Both the position numbers and the translations under genes were made by a program. From assembly GCA_001643675.2 (NCBI GenBank), contig LSRY02000030.1, forward strand, positions 992,001-1,056,000: a DNA stretch of 64,000 nucleotides, given 5' to 3'. How positions within the stretch are numbered: the first letter of the stretch is position 1; the number at the start of each line of letters is the position of its first letter. Origin of the DNA: Monocercomonoides exilis PA203. Lineage: Eukaryota > Protista > Preaxostyla. Below are positions 35,258 to 48,394 of the stretch, in pieces. The notes below the pieces were generated by a model. It worked only from the letters and a program-made list of their open reading frames with translations. It was not told where the DNA came from and made no database searches.

Positions 35258-36229
35258 ATGGCACTTGGCAAGAACAAGAAATTGTCCAAAGGAACAAAGA
35301 AGGGAGGAAAAAAGAAGGTGTATGTAAATGTACCTTATTTATTTATTAAGTTTATGCATCATGTAATTATTAAAAAGTGTTGATCCATTTGCACGTAAGG
35401 AATGGTACGAAGTGAAAGTTCCAAATTGCTTCACAAACCGTGTTCTGGGAAAGACATTTGTCAACCGTTCCCAGGGAACAAGTGTGCATTAAGTCTTTGC
35501 ATTACTGGAAGCATTTAGCAATCCATATTTTGTGAAATTTTACTTTTTATGGATATAACTTGTAATTTTTAATTTTCTGTAATCTTTCGAATAGAACTTG
35601 CAAAGGATGCTTTGAAAGGTCGCGTTTTTGAAGCATTCCTTGCTGATCTTAACCAGGGTGGTGATGTTGATCAATTCCGCAAAATCCGCTTGAGATGCGA
35701 GGATGTTCAAGGAGCCAACTGCTTGACCAACTTCCACGGAATGACAATCACAGCTGACAAATTGCGCTCAATGATCAAGAAGTGGCAAACTCTTATTGAG
35801 GCGCATGCAGATGTTAAGACAAGCGACGGATACGTTCTTCGCGTGTTCTGCATCGGCTTCACACGTCACTTGAGAGGATCAGTCAAGAAGACAGCCTACG
35901 CTCAAGGCCAAAAAGTTCGCCAAATCAGAAAGAAAATGGTTGAAGTCATCCGCCGTCAATGCCAGGAAAGTGATCTTCGCGGAGTTGTTGTGAAGCTTCA
36001 GACAGAATCAATGGGAAAAGAGATTGAAAAAGTTACAAAGACTATTTTCCCGCTCCACAATGTTCTTATCCGCAAAGTAAAAGTTATCAAGGCACCTAAG
36101 ATGGATGTGTCGAAATTGTTGGAATTCTACTCCGACTCACAATCAGCACAAGCTGCTCAGGCTGCTGCTCTTGAAGCTGCTGCTGTTCCTGAAACAAAGG
36201 AACCAGAACAAGAACAGGTTGCTGCTTAA
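35258..36229 (+). CDS. RPS3A: 40S ribosomal protein S3a (eS1); 3 coding exons
   Basis: [21 protein letters not shown]|[15 protein letters not shown]...QGT|[13 protein letters not shown]...NCLTNFHGM...[10 protein letters not shown]. Introns at 35320-35377 and 35482-35594. Confidence 0.97.
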
Positions 36230-36708
36230 ATGTTTTGATAACTTTAAATTAGTTAAAAATGGAAATTTGTATTGAAAGCATCTTTACAATAGTCAATAAT
36301 TCATGTTTGTATTTTGCACTTCATAACTACATTTTCAAAAGCCTCTGTGGATGACAAACGAAAGATGAATTTTCAAATAATTTAATTATTTTTTTTTTAA
36401 AAAAAAAAATAATAATTATTATTATTATAACAATTTAATTTTTCGGGTTTTCTGTTGTTGTCTTACAAAAAATTTGAGCTTTTTATTTTTTGAGCAGCCC
36501 ATACCATCTTTCATATTAATAATATCAATTTTATCTCTGGCAATTTTCACCGAATAAAAAGGTTGCAAACTTATATAGCAAGTTTATGCAACAAACTGTT
36601 AGAGTTTGAGACAATGCATTTAATAATTAAATCTATAATCTTGTTTTATTGCTTTTTTTTTCAACAATATTCATTAAAAACTGTCTCTTTCGGTGTTATT
36701 TTTTTAAG

Positions 36709-39700
36709 GATGTTCTGGAACTTCAGGATCAAGCCAAAAAAACTTTGGACATATGTGGGCTATCTCAAGAATTGTATTTTCATTCTCACAACGTGACAGA
36801 GCTCCTTCCATTCCAAAAAGATCCGATGCTTTCTTCAGCGTCCATCAATGTTCCAAAACCATTAACTGTTAAGTTACCACCTCAAGGGTTAAGAACATCC
36901 TCTTCATTTGGAGATGAAGAAGAAATTCAAAGCGACCAAGATGATGTGAAGGAAATCTTCAATTGTGCTTTTGCATCACAAATATTAAGACAATCACAAC
37001 TATCAACTCGCATTCCATTTTCAAATATGACATATATTAAAAACAACCGTTTTCAAGCTGTGCCACAAACTGCAATTCCAAAGGATTCAGTTCCACCATG
37101 TTTTCACTTGGCCGTGATGGTTGACTCATTATCTTTAGCAGTGTGCAATTCATGTTGTAATTAGTACTTATATTTTTATTAATTTTTTGCATTTTTATTG
37201 TCTTATAAATCTCGTTGTTTGTTGTGAAGCTTTGCGATAAAGTTGATATCTACGGTTCTCTCTTCAGATTTGATGCCAACGTCCAGCGCCACGTGCAATT
37301 CACCGAAGAATTTCACCTCCGATTCTCTCCAATCGGGAATGGAGGTGGGCAGATGGCTATTGAATCCAACTGCATCTGCCTGTTTAAAGAGCTTTTGCCT
37401 TCTGATCTGGAGGCAGACATGACGCTGCTTATGCGAATTGTGCGTGAAGGCAAAGTCAACCTCGAAAAGTCCAAAAAATCAGCAAAGGCGCACAAAGAGC
37501 CTGTTCGGTGCATCGTCGGGTATTCGATGATTCTACTGGGCAGATTGAGCCAGCAGGAAATACGCACTGCTTTGTCACATGCTGGATGGAATGGTAACAA
37601 TCAGATACACCAAACTAAATCTCTTCAATTTACTTCCTCTTCTTCCTCTTCTTCTTCAATTCCACCACTTCTGCATCCAGCAAAGGAAATCTCTTCTCAA
37701 TCAGTCCACAACACGCTTTCAACCCCTTCCTCTTCCTCTTCCTCCTCTTCCTCCTCTTCATCCCCAATGAACGAGCTCCCTTCTGATCTTTCTGATCCCG
37801 AAAAGCCCAAAGGCACCTCCACATCGCTGCTTGGCCATCTCTCCCGCGCTCTTTCCCGCCCACTGCGCCTGTGGAACCAGCCAGTCTACGCAGCACAACG
37901 TGGCGAGGCGCTTTCGCTTCTGATCGACCGCCTGGCACACGAAGAAGGATGCGACACGATAAAGGGAAACAACCAGATCACTGTGTCATTCGTGCTGATT
38001 TCGTGTGGGGGTGAATGTGAGGGGAAAGAAGTGAAGGAAGGAGTGGAAACATCAGCAGAAGCAGAGGCAGCAGCAGAAGCAGCAGCATCGGCAGCGATGA
38101 AGGCAGACTATGCGGCTGTTTGTCCATTGGCTCAGCTTCAGTTGTCTCCATATGCACACCCCACTGACAGAAGGCATTCATGTTATGTGACACTGCTGAG
38201 ATGCGATTTTGACAAGGGAGAGAAGAAATCAGAGAGGAACATTGAGATTGAGATGCAGATACTCCACAACGAAGGGAAGCTGTTTCCGAAGGATGTGCTG
38301 CTGCCCGCGGTGAATCTGGGGAAAGAAGAAAAAGAAGAGAAAAATGCAAGTGATAAACAAGATTTATGTCAAAAAGTTAATGAAGAAGCTTCCAAACAGC
38401 AAGTGAATCAAATGAACACTCAGAACAATGACAAATCTTCTCCTTCTCTTTCCTCCTCTCATTCATCGCATTCATCACATTCAACACATTCTCCCCATCT
38501 CCTCTTCCGCAAGCCAGCAGAGATCGCCTTCCCTTCTGTTTGTGTGGGCAAAGATGTCCATTCTCAGCCAGGCGCCGTCTACCGCAGCTGTGTCTTCTAC
38601 CACAACAACACGCCCCTCTGGGAAGAGCTGATAAACACACACATTCCCTTCCATTTGATGAAGAAAGTGCATTTTCTGTTCACTTTCCGGCACATTTCGA
38701 TGAACAACGAGGAGACAAAGCCGTTTGCCTATGCGTTCATCAAACCTTTCACCAATGGAGCGTTCATTCAGAACAAAGTGCATTTTCTGGATGCATTTGT
38801 GTGGGACGAGCAAACAGTGAAGACACGAAGCTATTTGAATGAACAGCCATCATCGAATTTTGTATACTTGTCATCATCAAATAATAACAATAACAATAAT
38901 AATAATAACACTGCTTCTTCCTCTTCTTCTTCTCTTTCTCCTTTGGAGCGATTAAAGCCTAATGCGCTTGCCATTCGTTTCACAATGGCATCAACAGAAG
39001 TGTCAAACCATCGCGACATTTGGGAAATACTCTCGTACAACGATAAGCATTCCATTGACCAGTTTTCATCATCATCATCTTCTTCTTCTTCTTCCTCCTC
39101 CTCCTCCTCTTCTTCTTCTTCAGTCAGTCCATTCATTCGTTCGATGCTTGGGGAGAAGAAAGAGCAAGAGTGCTGGATCCGCTTCAACAGCGTCAGCCTC
39201 ATCGAGCAGATGAGGGTGCTCCGCATAGTCATGAACTCTCTTTTCTCCATCATGACGAATGAGTCTCTTCTGCCCGATGAGCGCAATTCTGCCTTCAACG
39301 CCATCACACAGCTCATCCGGAAGCCGTTGAAAGCCGGGAGGGATTATCTGCCCGCGATTCAGCAGTATCTGAATGAGTGCTTCTATTTCCCGACTGCGTT
39401 TCGGTATATTTTGCATTTCATCATCTTCTTCGTGCAGAGTGTGCAAGAAGAGCTGCAGCTGTCGTTTGGGCGGGCGACGACGACGATTCCGACGGATGTG
39501 TTTGTGTCGCTGAAGTATCTGCTGATGTTTACGAACAAGTCGAATGACCAGAGAATGGAGAGGATTGAGGTGGTGAAGAGGGAGAGGAAGGAGAAAGAGG
39601 AGAAGGAGAAGGAGAGGAAGGAGAAAGAGAAAGATGATGATGATGATGAACAGAAAAAGTTGGAAGTGATAAAGCAGAGTGGAAATGAAGGAACGGAACA

Positions 39701-42700
39701 ACAAAATTGTTTGACTTTGAATGAAGAATCAAAAATTGCAAGTTCGAATGCTCAAACAGAAGTTAATGCAATCCTATCAAATGAAGAAGACAAACAAAAT
39801 ATTGAGCAGAAATCCAATTTATCTGATTCATCAAAAGAAAGATCGAAAGAAGAAGAAGTCAAAAAAGAAGAAGAAGAATATTCAGAAAGTGAACCAAGCG
39901 ATGAGCTAACATTGCTTGGGATGCCCAATGAATGCACCATGTTCTACGGGAAGATGCTTCGGGAGGCAGGCAATTTTCTGAGCAGCGCAATCAGCTTGCG
40001 AAAAGCCGCACAGTCGATTCTGATCAAAAGCCTGTCGGATTCGCTTCCGGAGATTGTGCACATCTTCTCCAAAGAAGAATGTGCAGGGCAAGTTCATGTG
40101 CTTCTGCAGAAGATGCTGAAGATCAACGAAGTGACAGCAGCAACACACCAGACATACTTCACAGACAAACTGAATTTCGTGTCACTTGTGATGGACCAGC
40201 CGTTTTTCCTGTGCAAAGCGAGCAGAGGAAAGCTGATGGGGGATGTGTTTGCAGTTGTGAAGGAGCATTTGAGGTTGTATTCGACACAGGCTGTGGAAAT
40301 TCTGATGAAGCTGCTGATGATTGTGGGGCTGGAGCATTTCAGAGGAGAACATGAGGAGTTGAGAGGAAAAGGGGGTGTGGTGAAGGAAGAGGGGAAGGGG
40401 AAGGGGAAGGGGAAAAGGAAGGAAAAGAAAATGAAGGAGAATAAAAGCAAAGATGATTCAAAAGAAGCAGAAGAAACACATTTTTCTTCATCCGCTCATC
40501 AATCAACCAATTCTTATTCCAAAGCTAACAAAACAGCTGAATCTCAATCAGCATCCAATGAAGAGAACATTGTTATTTGGCTTCTTTCTCTTCTTCCTCC
40601 TCTTTTGTGCTGGCTGAATGTTCTTGCGCTGGACGAAAGGACGTTCAACTTCCGTTTTCTGAAGCCGATTTATGAGCAGAGGAACACACAGCATGAGAAT
40701 GAGAAGAAGAACGAAGGGAAAGAGAAGGAGAAGGAGAAGGAGAAAGAGAAAGAGAAAGAAAGGGAGAGAGAGAGGGAAAGGGAAAGGGAAAGGGAAAGAG
40801 AGAAAGAGAAGGAGAAAGAAGGAGAAAGAGAAAAAGAAAGAGAAAGCGACACATTCAAAAAGCGTGGAGAAAACTGGCGTCTTCGTGAAGAAGCAGAGCG
40901 GAAAGCGAAAGAGCTTGAGAAAGATCCAATTGCCTTCTTTCAGCACCACACCCAATTGAAAGCACAGCTGATGGCCGCTCTTATTTCTGTTGTTGATCTG
41001 CTTCCTGACAGGAGTCTTGAAATGTTCCTGAGAAGGAAGAAAATGCTGGGGTTTGTCTATCCTGACTGCTTGAATGACAACAACAATGGAGGAGTTAATG
41101 CGATTTATGCATTGGATTCTTCTTCTTCTTCTTCTTCTTCTCATTCTTCTTCTTCTTTCCCTGTTCAGTTGCCTTTTCCTTCTTCATCTTCCTCTTCCTC
41201 TTCCTCCTCTTCCTCTTCCCTTTCTTTATCCTCGTCCTCCTCTTCTTCTTCTCTCATACCATTAACGTCTTCTTTAACTCCTCCTATTTCTTGTATGTCT
41301 TATGCTTCTTCTTCTGTTTCATCTCGTCTTTCTTCTGTTTTCTCTCCTTCTCTTCCTCTTCCTCCTTCATCTTCTCATTTGCATTCTCACCCTCCTTCTC
41401 CTTCTCCTCCTCTTTCTCTCACTTCTTCCTTCTCTTCTCCTTCTCTTTGGTCTTCCAATCAACCTGTTCCTTCTCCTCCTTCAATAACTTCATCATCATC
41501 TTCTTCTTCTCTTTCTCTTTCTTCTTCCTCATCATCATCTTCTTCTTCTTCCCCCTTCCCTCCTCTTCTCCTTGACTCTCTTTCCAACCCTCCTCTTCCC
41601 TTTTCCTACCGCACCAACTGCGATCTTCTTTCTCTTCCTCCTCTTCCTCAATACCCTTCTGATGCCTTCCTCCTCCTCTTCGAGTCCTTTTTGACTGTCA
41701 AATTCTTCCCTTCTGAATGGAGCTGGATGCATCTCCTGTTTCTGAAGATGACATTTCGCCTTCTTCTTCTGATGCTTCCTCATCTGTGCGAATTAACCTT
41801 GTTCGAAAGAAAACCGTTTCTCTATTTGAACAACAGGTTTGTTCAGTCACATGCTTCGCATTTCTTGTCTTCTCTTTCTTCTTCTTCTTCTTCTTCTTCT
41901 TCTTCTTCTTCTTCTGAAGATTCTCTTTCTTCCTTCCACCCCAAAATCGGCCTATCAAAAACAATGAGTTTTGCTAAGCCTTCTGATTTGATTCGTTCTG
42001 TCTCATATGCTTCTCCTTCTCTTTCTTCTTCTCTTTCTTTATCTTCTTCTTCTTCTTCTTCTTCTTCTTTTCTTTCTTCTTCTTCTTCTTCCTCTTCTAT
42101 TCCTCCTCTTCCTCCTTCTCATTCTCATTCTCTTCATCAGCTTCATTCTAATTCTCATTCTAAATCTAATTCAAACCAAAATTCTCTTCATAACTCACCT
42201 GTTTTGCAGCCTTCTTCTTTTCCTTCTTCTTCTTCTTCTAATTCTCCTTCCTCTTGTTCTCCTCGCCAATCAACTTTCTCATCATCATCATCATCATCAT
42301 CTTCTTCTTCTTCTTCTTCTTCTTCTTCTTCTTCTTCTTCTTCTTCTTTTAATGACTCATCTATTGCTACTAGTCAAAATATTGATGATGAAATATCATC
42401 ATCATCATTAACATCATCTTCTTCATCAACTTCATTAGATTCATCATCATCATCATCTTCTTCTTCTTCTTCTTCAATCAAAGAGCCTTCCCCTTCCCCT
42501 TCCCCTTCTCCTTCTCCTTCTCCTTCTTCTCCTCCTCCTTCCATTCCATCCAACAACAGAAACATAACACAATCACAACATTCTCTTCAATCTTCTCCTC
42601 CTCTCCCTCCTCCTTCACTGCCTGTTCAAGATATTCACAAGAACAATGAAGAAAGAAATGAAATTGCAGATAGCTCAAAAGATTCTTCATTATCATCTTC

Positions 42701-45700
42701 TTCTTCTCCTTCCTCTTCCTCTTCTTCCCCTTCTTCTTCTTCATTAAATTCTCCAATAATTTCTCATCAAACTGAAAATCCTGTTATATTAGAAGCATCG
42801 TCTTCTTCTTCTTCTTCTTCTTCTTCTTCTGATCATATTTCAGTCGCTTCAACATCTTTGCCTTCTTCCCCATCTTCTTCCGCTCCTTCTTCTCCTGTTT
42901 CTCAATCTGTTTCACCTTCTCCTTCTTCTTCCTCCTCTTCTTCCTCTTCTTCTTCTTCTCTTTCTCCTTCCCTTTCCTCTTCCTCCTCTCCTTCTTCTCT
43001 TTCTTCTTCTTCCTCTTCTTCTTCTTCCTCTTTGCCAACACGCAAACGTCTTCATTTGAAATCTCAATCAAATGTTTCTCATTTGATTAACTTCGATAAA
43101 TCTGCCACTGTTTCATCTGAAGCGTATTCATCATTATCTTCCACTTATTCTTCTCCATCTTCTTCTTCTTCTTCTCTTTCTTCTTCTCTTTCATCCTCTT
43201 CTTCTTCTTCTTCTTCTTCTTCTTCCTCTCCTTCCCTTCCCTTCCCTCTCTCCTCCTCTCCTCTCCTCTTTTCCATTGCCAATCGCATCCAGTCCTTCTC
43301 TTTGTCTCGTTTTGCCACTCTTCTTGTCTCTTTCACTCAAATTGCCTTCGAACAAGCTCCAAAGAATCAAATCGCCTTCTTTTTGGACTATGTGAATAAC
43401 TTGGTGATGGCTGAGTGTGTTGGAGAGGAAGGTGGAATTAACGCTGTTTCCAGTTCTTCTTTTGCTTCTTCTTTTGTTTCTTCTCCTTCTTCTCTTGTGC
43501 AATCTCAGACTTCATCGTTGGTTTCAAATGCCTCAAATACTCAATCATTGTTATCATCATCATCTTCTTCTTCTTCTTCATTAAGCGATAATTTTTCTGA
43601 TATTTCTTCATCTCCTCTTCCCTTCACCACTCCTTTCATCGCTTTCTGTTCTCTTCTTATGGATCAACTCACTTTTCCTTCCTCCTCCTTTTCCTCCTCC
43701 TCCTCCTCTTCTTCTTCTTCTTCTTCTTCTTCTTCTTCTTCTTCAAACAGAAGAATGTCATCATCATCTTCTTCTTCTTCACTTGCTTCGCTGGCTAAGT
43801 CCTTTTTGAATGCAAATGTCCCTCCGATTGATTTGCTGGTGCTTCCATTGATGAACAAAAAGCCTCAAACTCATTCTGAGTCAGAAATAGAGGAGCAATC
43901 ATCTTCTTCTCCTTCTCCTTTATCTTCTCCTTCTCCTCTTTCTCTTTCTCTTCCAACCTTTTCTGAAAATTCTTCTTCTTCTTCTCTTTCTCTTTCAACT
44001 TCCTCCTCTTCCTCTTCCTCCAATCGTCATTCTCTTTCCTCTCGTTTCTCATTCATTCTTTCCTTCTTCAGAAAATATCATCCAATTTCTGATGAGACCA
44101 CACAAAATGCTCGTTTGATGCTTCAATTGCTGTTCTCCCCTTACGAACACCTCTTTCTGACTATTGCAAATGAAAAGAGGAAGAAGAAGGAGAAGGAAAA
44201 GGAAAAGGAAAAAGAAGAAAGAATTGAGAATCCAAACACGCAACAAATGAATTTGCCTGAAGAAACAACCGAAACCATCTCAAAAGATAGCATCAACAGT
44301 AACAATAACATCACACCAGCAGTGTTTGCATTGTCACATGTTTATAACTCTATTCGTATTCCTCTTTCGACTTCTCTTCTGCCTTTTGGAAGGATTCTTG
44401 TCTCCAGTTTCAACAGACTCATTGCCAGTGAGTTCTGCTTGATGCAACAGGCAATTTGCTCTTTGCTGTTCAATTTGTGGGAGGAAGTGTGCAAGTGGAG
44501 AGAAAAGAGAAGGAATGAGAAAGGGAAGAGGAAAGGGAATAGGAAAGGGAATAGGAAAGTTGAATCGGAGGAAGAGAAGGATGGGGATGTTATGAGTGAA
44601 GAAGAAGAAGAAGAAGAAGAAGATTATGATTATGATGATAATATTGATGACGATGATAGTGAAGAAGATCTTGATGAAGAGGATAACGACAAATATGATG
44701 ATGATGATGATGATGAGGTGGAAGAAGAAGAAGGTATTGAGAATCATAACCACAACAACAACAAGAAGAAGAAGTATCACCATTCTCATCCATCCAATCA
44801 AACAAATCTCATTTCTCCTCGCTTCCTCCACTCACTCATCTACCAGACGCTGCAGATGGCGATCCACAGCTACGGCAAGGTGCATGCGATGAGCAAGACA
44901 CTTCTTGCTTTGTACATTCGTGAAGATGCTAAGCAGCACAATGGAAGCATCCGGCGTGTGGAGCCAGAGCTGATTGGGTGCATCTACCAGCTCTGCCACT
45001 CCGTCTCAGCCGAAGAGCAGCTGACGTCGATTTTTGACACCCAGTTTGTTGCGCTGGCATCGAAGGATCCGGTTGTGGAAGGGACGAAGACGCAAGGGGA
45101 GCTCAGACTGGCTGAGGAGGATGTGGTGCGGGTGGTGAGGAACATCAGAGAAGTGGTGGAGCAGCTGAAGAGTCTGCGGTGTCTCAAGGCGCTGAAACAA
45201 CCGCTGGTGGCAGAGGACGAAATGGCGCACTGCTATCTGGAGCTGATATCACGGCTGAAAGTGGCGAAGCGGAGGAGTCTTGTGCTGAAGTATCAGAACG
45301 AGCTGCTGGAGATGCACACGAAGCTGGGAAACTACGAAGAGTGTGGCGAATGCCTCATTTGGATGAGCGAGGCGTTCAGTCTGACTGATGCGGCTGTCCC
45401 TGCGTTTGGAGCGTTTCCGGCGCAGACGTCGAGAGAAAGACATTTTGCGCTGGTGAGGAAGGCGGTGGAGTGTTGTGATTTGGGGGGCTATTGGGAAAGA
45501 GGGGTTGAGATCATCGACCCGGTTGTGCAGCATCTGAGAACGAAGTGCCTGAAATATGAGATGGTTGCTCAGCTGATGGTATGTGTTTGTTTTTTTGCTG
45601 ATGAAAAAGAAATGTAAATTAAATATTGATGTTTTATTGTTTTTGAAATTATTTTATAAATCTTTTTGTTATGTTGTTGATTATCTCATTTTTCTCATTA

Positions 45701-47152
45701 TTGAAAAAAACTTGTTTGAATTCTTTTATCTTCCATTTGTATTTTTTTTTTTTTTTACAGGCAACCGAATCCGAGCTGTTTTCGAAGATTGTGAGTCAAA
45801 AGCGCGATCTGTGGCCGAACTTCTATTTTGTGCAGTTTGTAGGGAAGAAGTTCAAAGAGCATTATCTGCACAACAGCGAGTGTGTGTACAGGCAGCCAGC
45901 GAATGTGCGGTTGGATGTGTTCACCCGAACGATGAAGGAGAAGTTCAAAGAGATGAAAGTGGAGAGCGGGGCGAAGAAAGTGCCAGAAGGGGCAGAGGAA
46001 GACGAAGAGTGTGGATTGGTTCTGATCACAGGAGGGCTTGTTGCAGTGAGAGAGGAAGATTATTTGAGGGAAAAGAGGTTTGCCAGCAGATACGACAATA
46101 TCCTGTCTCTCTCTCAGCGAAGAAGAGCAGAAGGAAACGAGATGGAAACAGAAGGGGAGAAAAGAGGGAAGAGCAAAAACAAGAGAAGTGCGAGTGCAAT
46201 TGAAGAGATAGAGAAAGGGGAAAGGGGAAGAACAGGTGATGTGGCAGCCAATTTGGATGAAGAATTGGAAGAGACCGATGCAGAAGATGAGCTGATGGAG
46301 GAGGAAGACGATGGCGAAGACAGCAGCGTTGCCGACGATGCAGCAGAAGCAAACGGAGGCCGTGCGACGAGAAGAAGAGACGTGGACATTGAGCTTGTGG
46401 ACGACTACACAAACAGCTCTCTCTTTGCAAACCACAGAAACTCGTTGAATGCTCATTCTTCTTCTCTTTCTTCTTCTCTTTCTTCTTCTTCTTCCTCTTA
46501 TTCATCCAATTTCTCTTCCCAGTTGCAGCCAGCAGAGTCTGTTCCGAAGTACATCCGCGATGCTGCCTCCCATTTCAAGCAGCACATCTTCCTCAGCACG
46601 AAGACCGTGGAACTTGGCGGCAAGCAGCGCGGCTTTGAGCTCCGGACGCAGCAGAAGATGAGCACATATTTGTTTACCAGCCGCACTTTTCCGTCGCTTT
46701 CAAGAAGGCTCCATGTGGAGCGGAAGGAGGTTCTCCTCTTCTCGCCCATCCAGTCGGCCACGCTGACGGTGATGGAGAAGACGAGGGAGCTGAAAGAGGC
46801 GATAGAAGTGTACTCGGCGCCAGATGCAGCTAAGACAGCGCCTGTGAGCAAGCTGACGATGCTGCTGCAAGGGGTGATCGATCCAGGCGTGGGAGGAGGG
46901 CTGAGGAAGTACTTGGACAACTTCTGCGACAGAGAGTATCTGATGAAGGATCCGCTGGTGAGGCAGATGCAGCTGGACGACTTGTTTGAAGAGATGCGCA
47001 TTCAGTGCAGAATGTCGCAGATGGCAATGGAAGTCCATGCGCGTGTGTGTTCGGGGCCGGCGAGGAATCTGCATGAGCTGCTTGAAGGTAAACTGGCTTT
47101 GCTGATTGAGTCGGTGGAGGAGAAGGCGATGATGTTTGAGTCGCGAAGGTGA
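36709..47152 (+). CDS. DOCK-family Rho/Rac GEF (DHR-1 C2 and DHR-2), DOCK-A/B-like; start not resolved
   Basis: DHR-1 motif YRSCVFYHNNTPLWEE...HFLFTFRH (~38580-38695). DHR-2 motifs LLEMHTKLGNYEECG, GYWERG, FYFVQFVGKKF, TFPSLSRR, SPIQSA and LLQGVIDPGVGGG. Phase-0 introns at 37141-37229 and 45579-45760. Confidence 0.88.
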
Positions 47153-47642
47153 TTTTTTTTTTCTTTTTTCTTTTTTCTTTTTGGAGTTTTGTGAGTTCTG
47201 AAAAGTTATTTGAAGAGTATTTTGCAATAACCTTATGTTTAATGATGATTTTAAGAGTAAATAAATTTTTATTTTATTTTTATTTTTCATGTTGTTTTTT
47301 AATGTTTTGTTGGAGTTTGTCACCTCAAATTAGAACCGTTGCAGATAATAGGTTTATGTTGATGGAATGTGTATCTCAGTTTTTGATGTTTGTTATTCAG
47401 AATGTGAAAGATGCTTTTCTTTTTTTTGATTTTATGTTCAAATGTATGTTTTATGATTTTATAATTTATTTCTTTTGCTTTCATAAATTTTATCATGTTT
47501 AATGTTTTGTGTGAATACTAAAACAAAATGTTTGTTAAAGAAATAGAAAGCTGCTTTTTTCTTTTGCAATAAAGAATAATTTTTAGATGCCTAATGCTCA
47601 AATAAAATAATAGATATTTCCAAATCAATTCGAAGGGGGAGG

Positions 47643-47656
47643 AAAAAAAAAAAAAA

Positions 47657-47703
<47 letters not shown>

Positions 47704-47795
47704 GAGAGAAAGAGAGAAAGAGAGAAAGAAAGAAAGAGAGAAAGAGAGAAAGAGAGAAAGAGAGAAAGAGAGAAAGAGAGAAAGAGAGAGAGAGA
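47643..47795. repeat. Compound purine microsatellite: A-run, (GA)n, (GAAAGAGA)n
   Basis: Direct reading; about 150 nt of pure purine. Confidence 0.9.
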
Positions 47796-48394
47796 AGTTA
47801 TAGCAGAGAAGTTTTCATGTGATAAGTCATTTTGTTTTGTTGTGGATTGATATTAATAATTATGTATTTCGAACGATTTTTTAAGAACCTCTCTTGAAAT
47901 CTTTCAATAGCATAACCAGATAATTCGTCGAAACAGTTTTGAACAAATTTTCCTTCTGATTCGTCAGTTCCAAAGAATATTCACTTCATTAGCATGATTT
48001 TATTGAAATTTTCTTGTTTCAAATTCTTTTTTAAAAAAAATTGGCATATCAAATTCATCATTGTCTTAATTATTAAAACTCCATTAATTATGATTTTAAA
48101 AAAAAAAGATAAAATAAACTCAAAAATTTTATAAAGTCCGTTCAAAAACTCTCAAAAAAAATATGAAGAATATGTTTTTGATAAAACAACAATTCATATT
48201 TATCGACTATTTACTAAAATAAATTCATTCTCATTTTCCTGATTGTCAACATTCTTAAAACTATCTGCCCAAACAAGCAGGCAAAGAAAGGAATTATCTC
48301 ATATAAATAATAAATACTCAAATCAAATAAGACAGATAGAAATTGCGAAGATGAGCAAGCGTTCCGTTGAATTTACTGGAAGCATTTGACTCGT

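Noticed and set aside
35482-35594. Possible intronic snoRNA in RPS3A intron 2 (small atccata/tatggat stem)
   Set aside because: No C/D boxes or clear H/ACA architecture; a short stem is expected by chance in AT-rich DNA.
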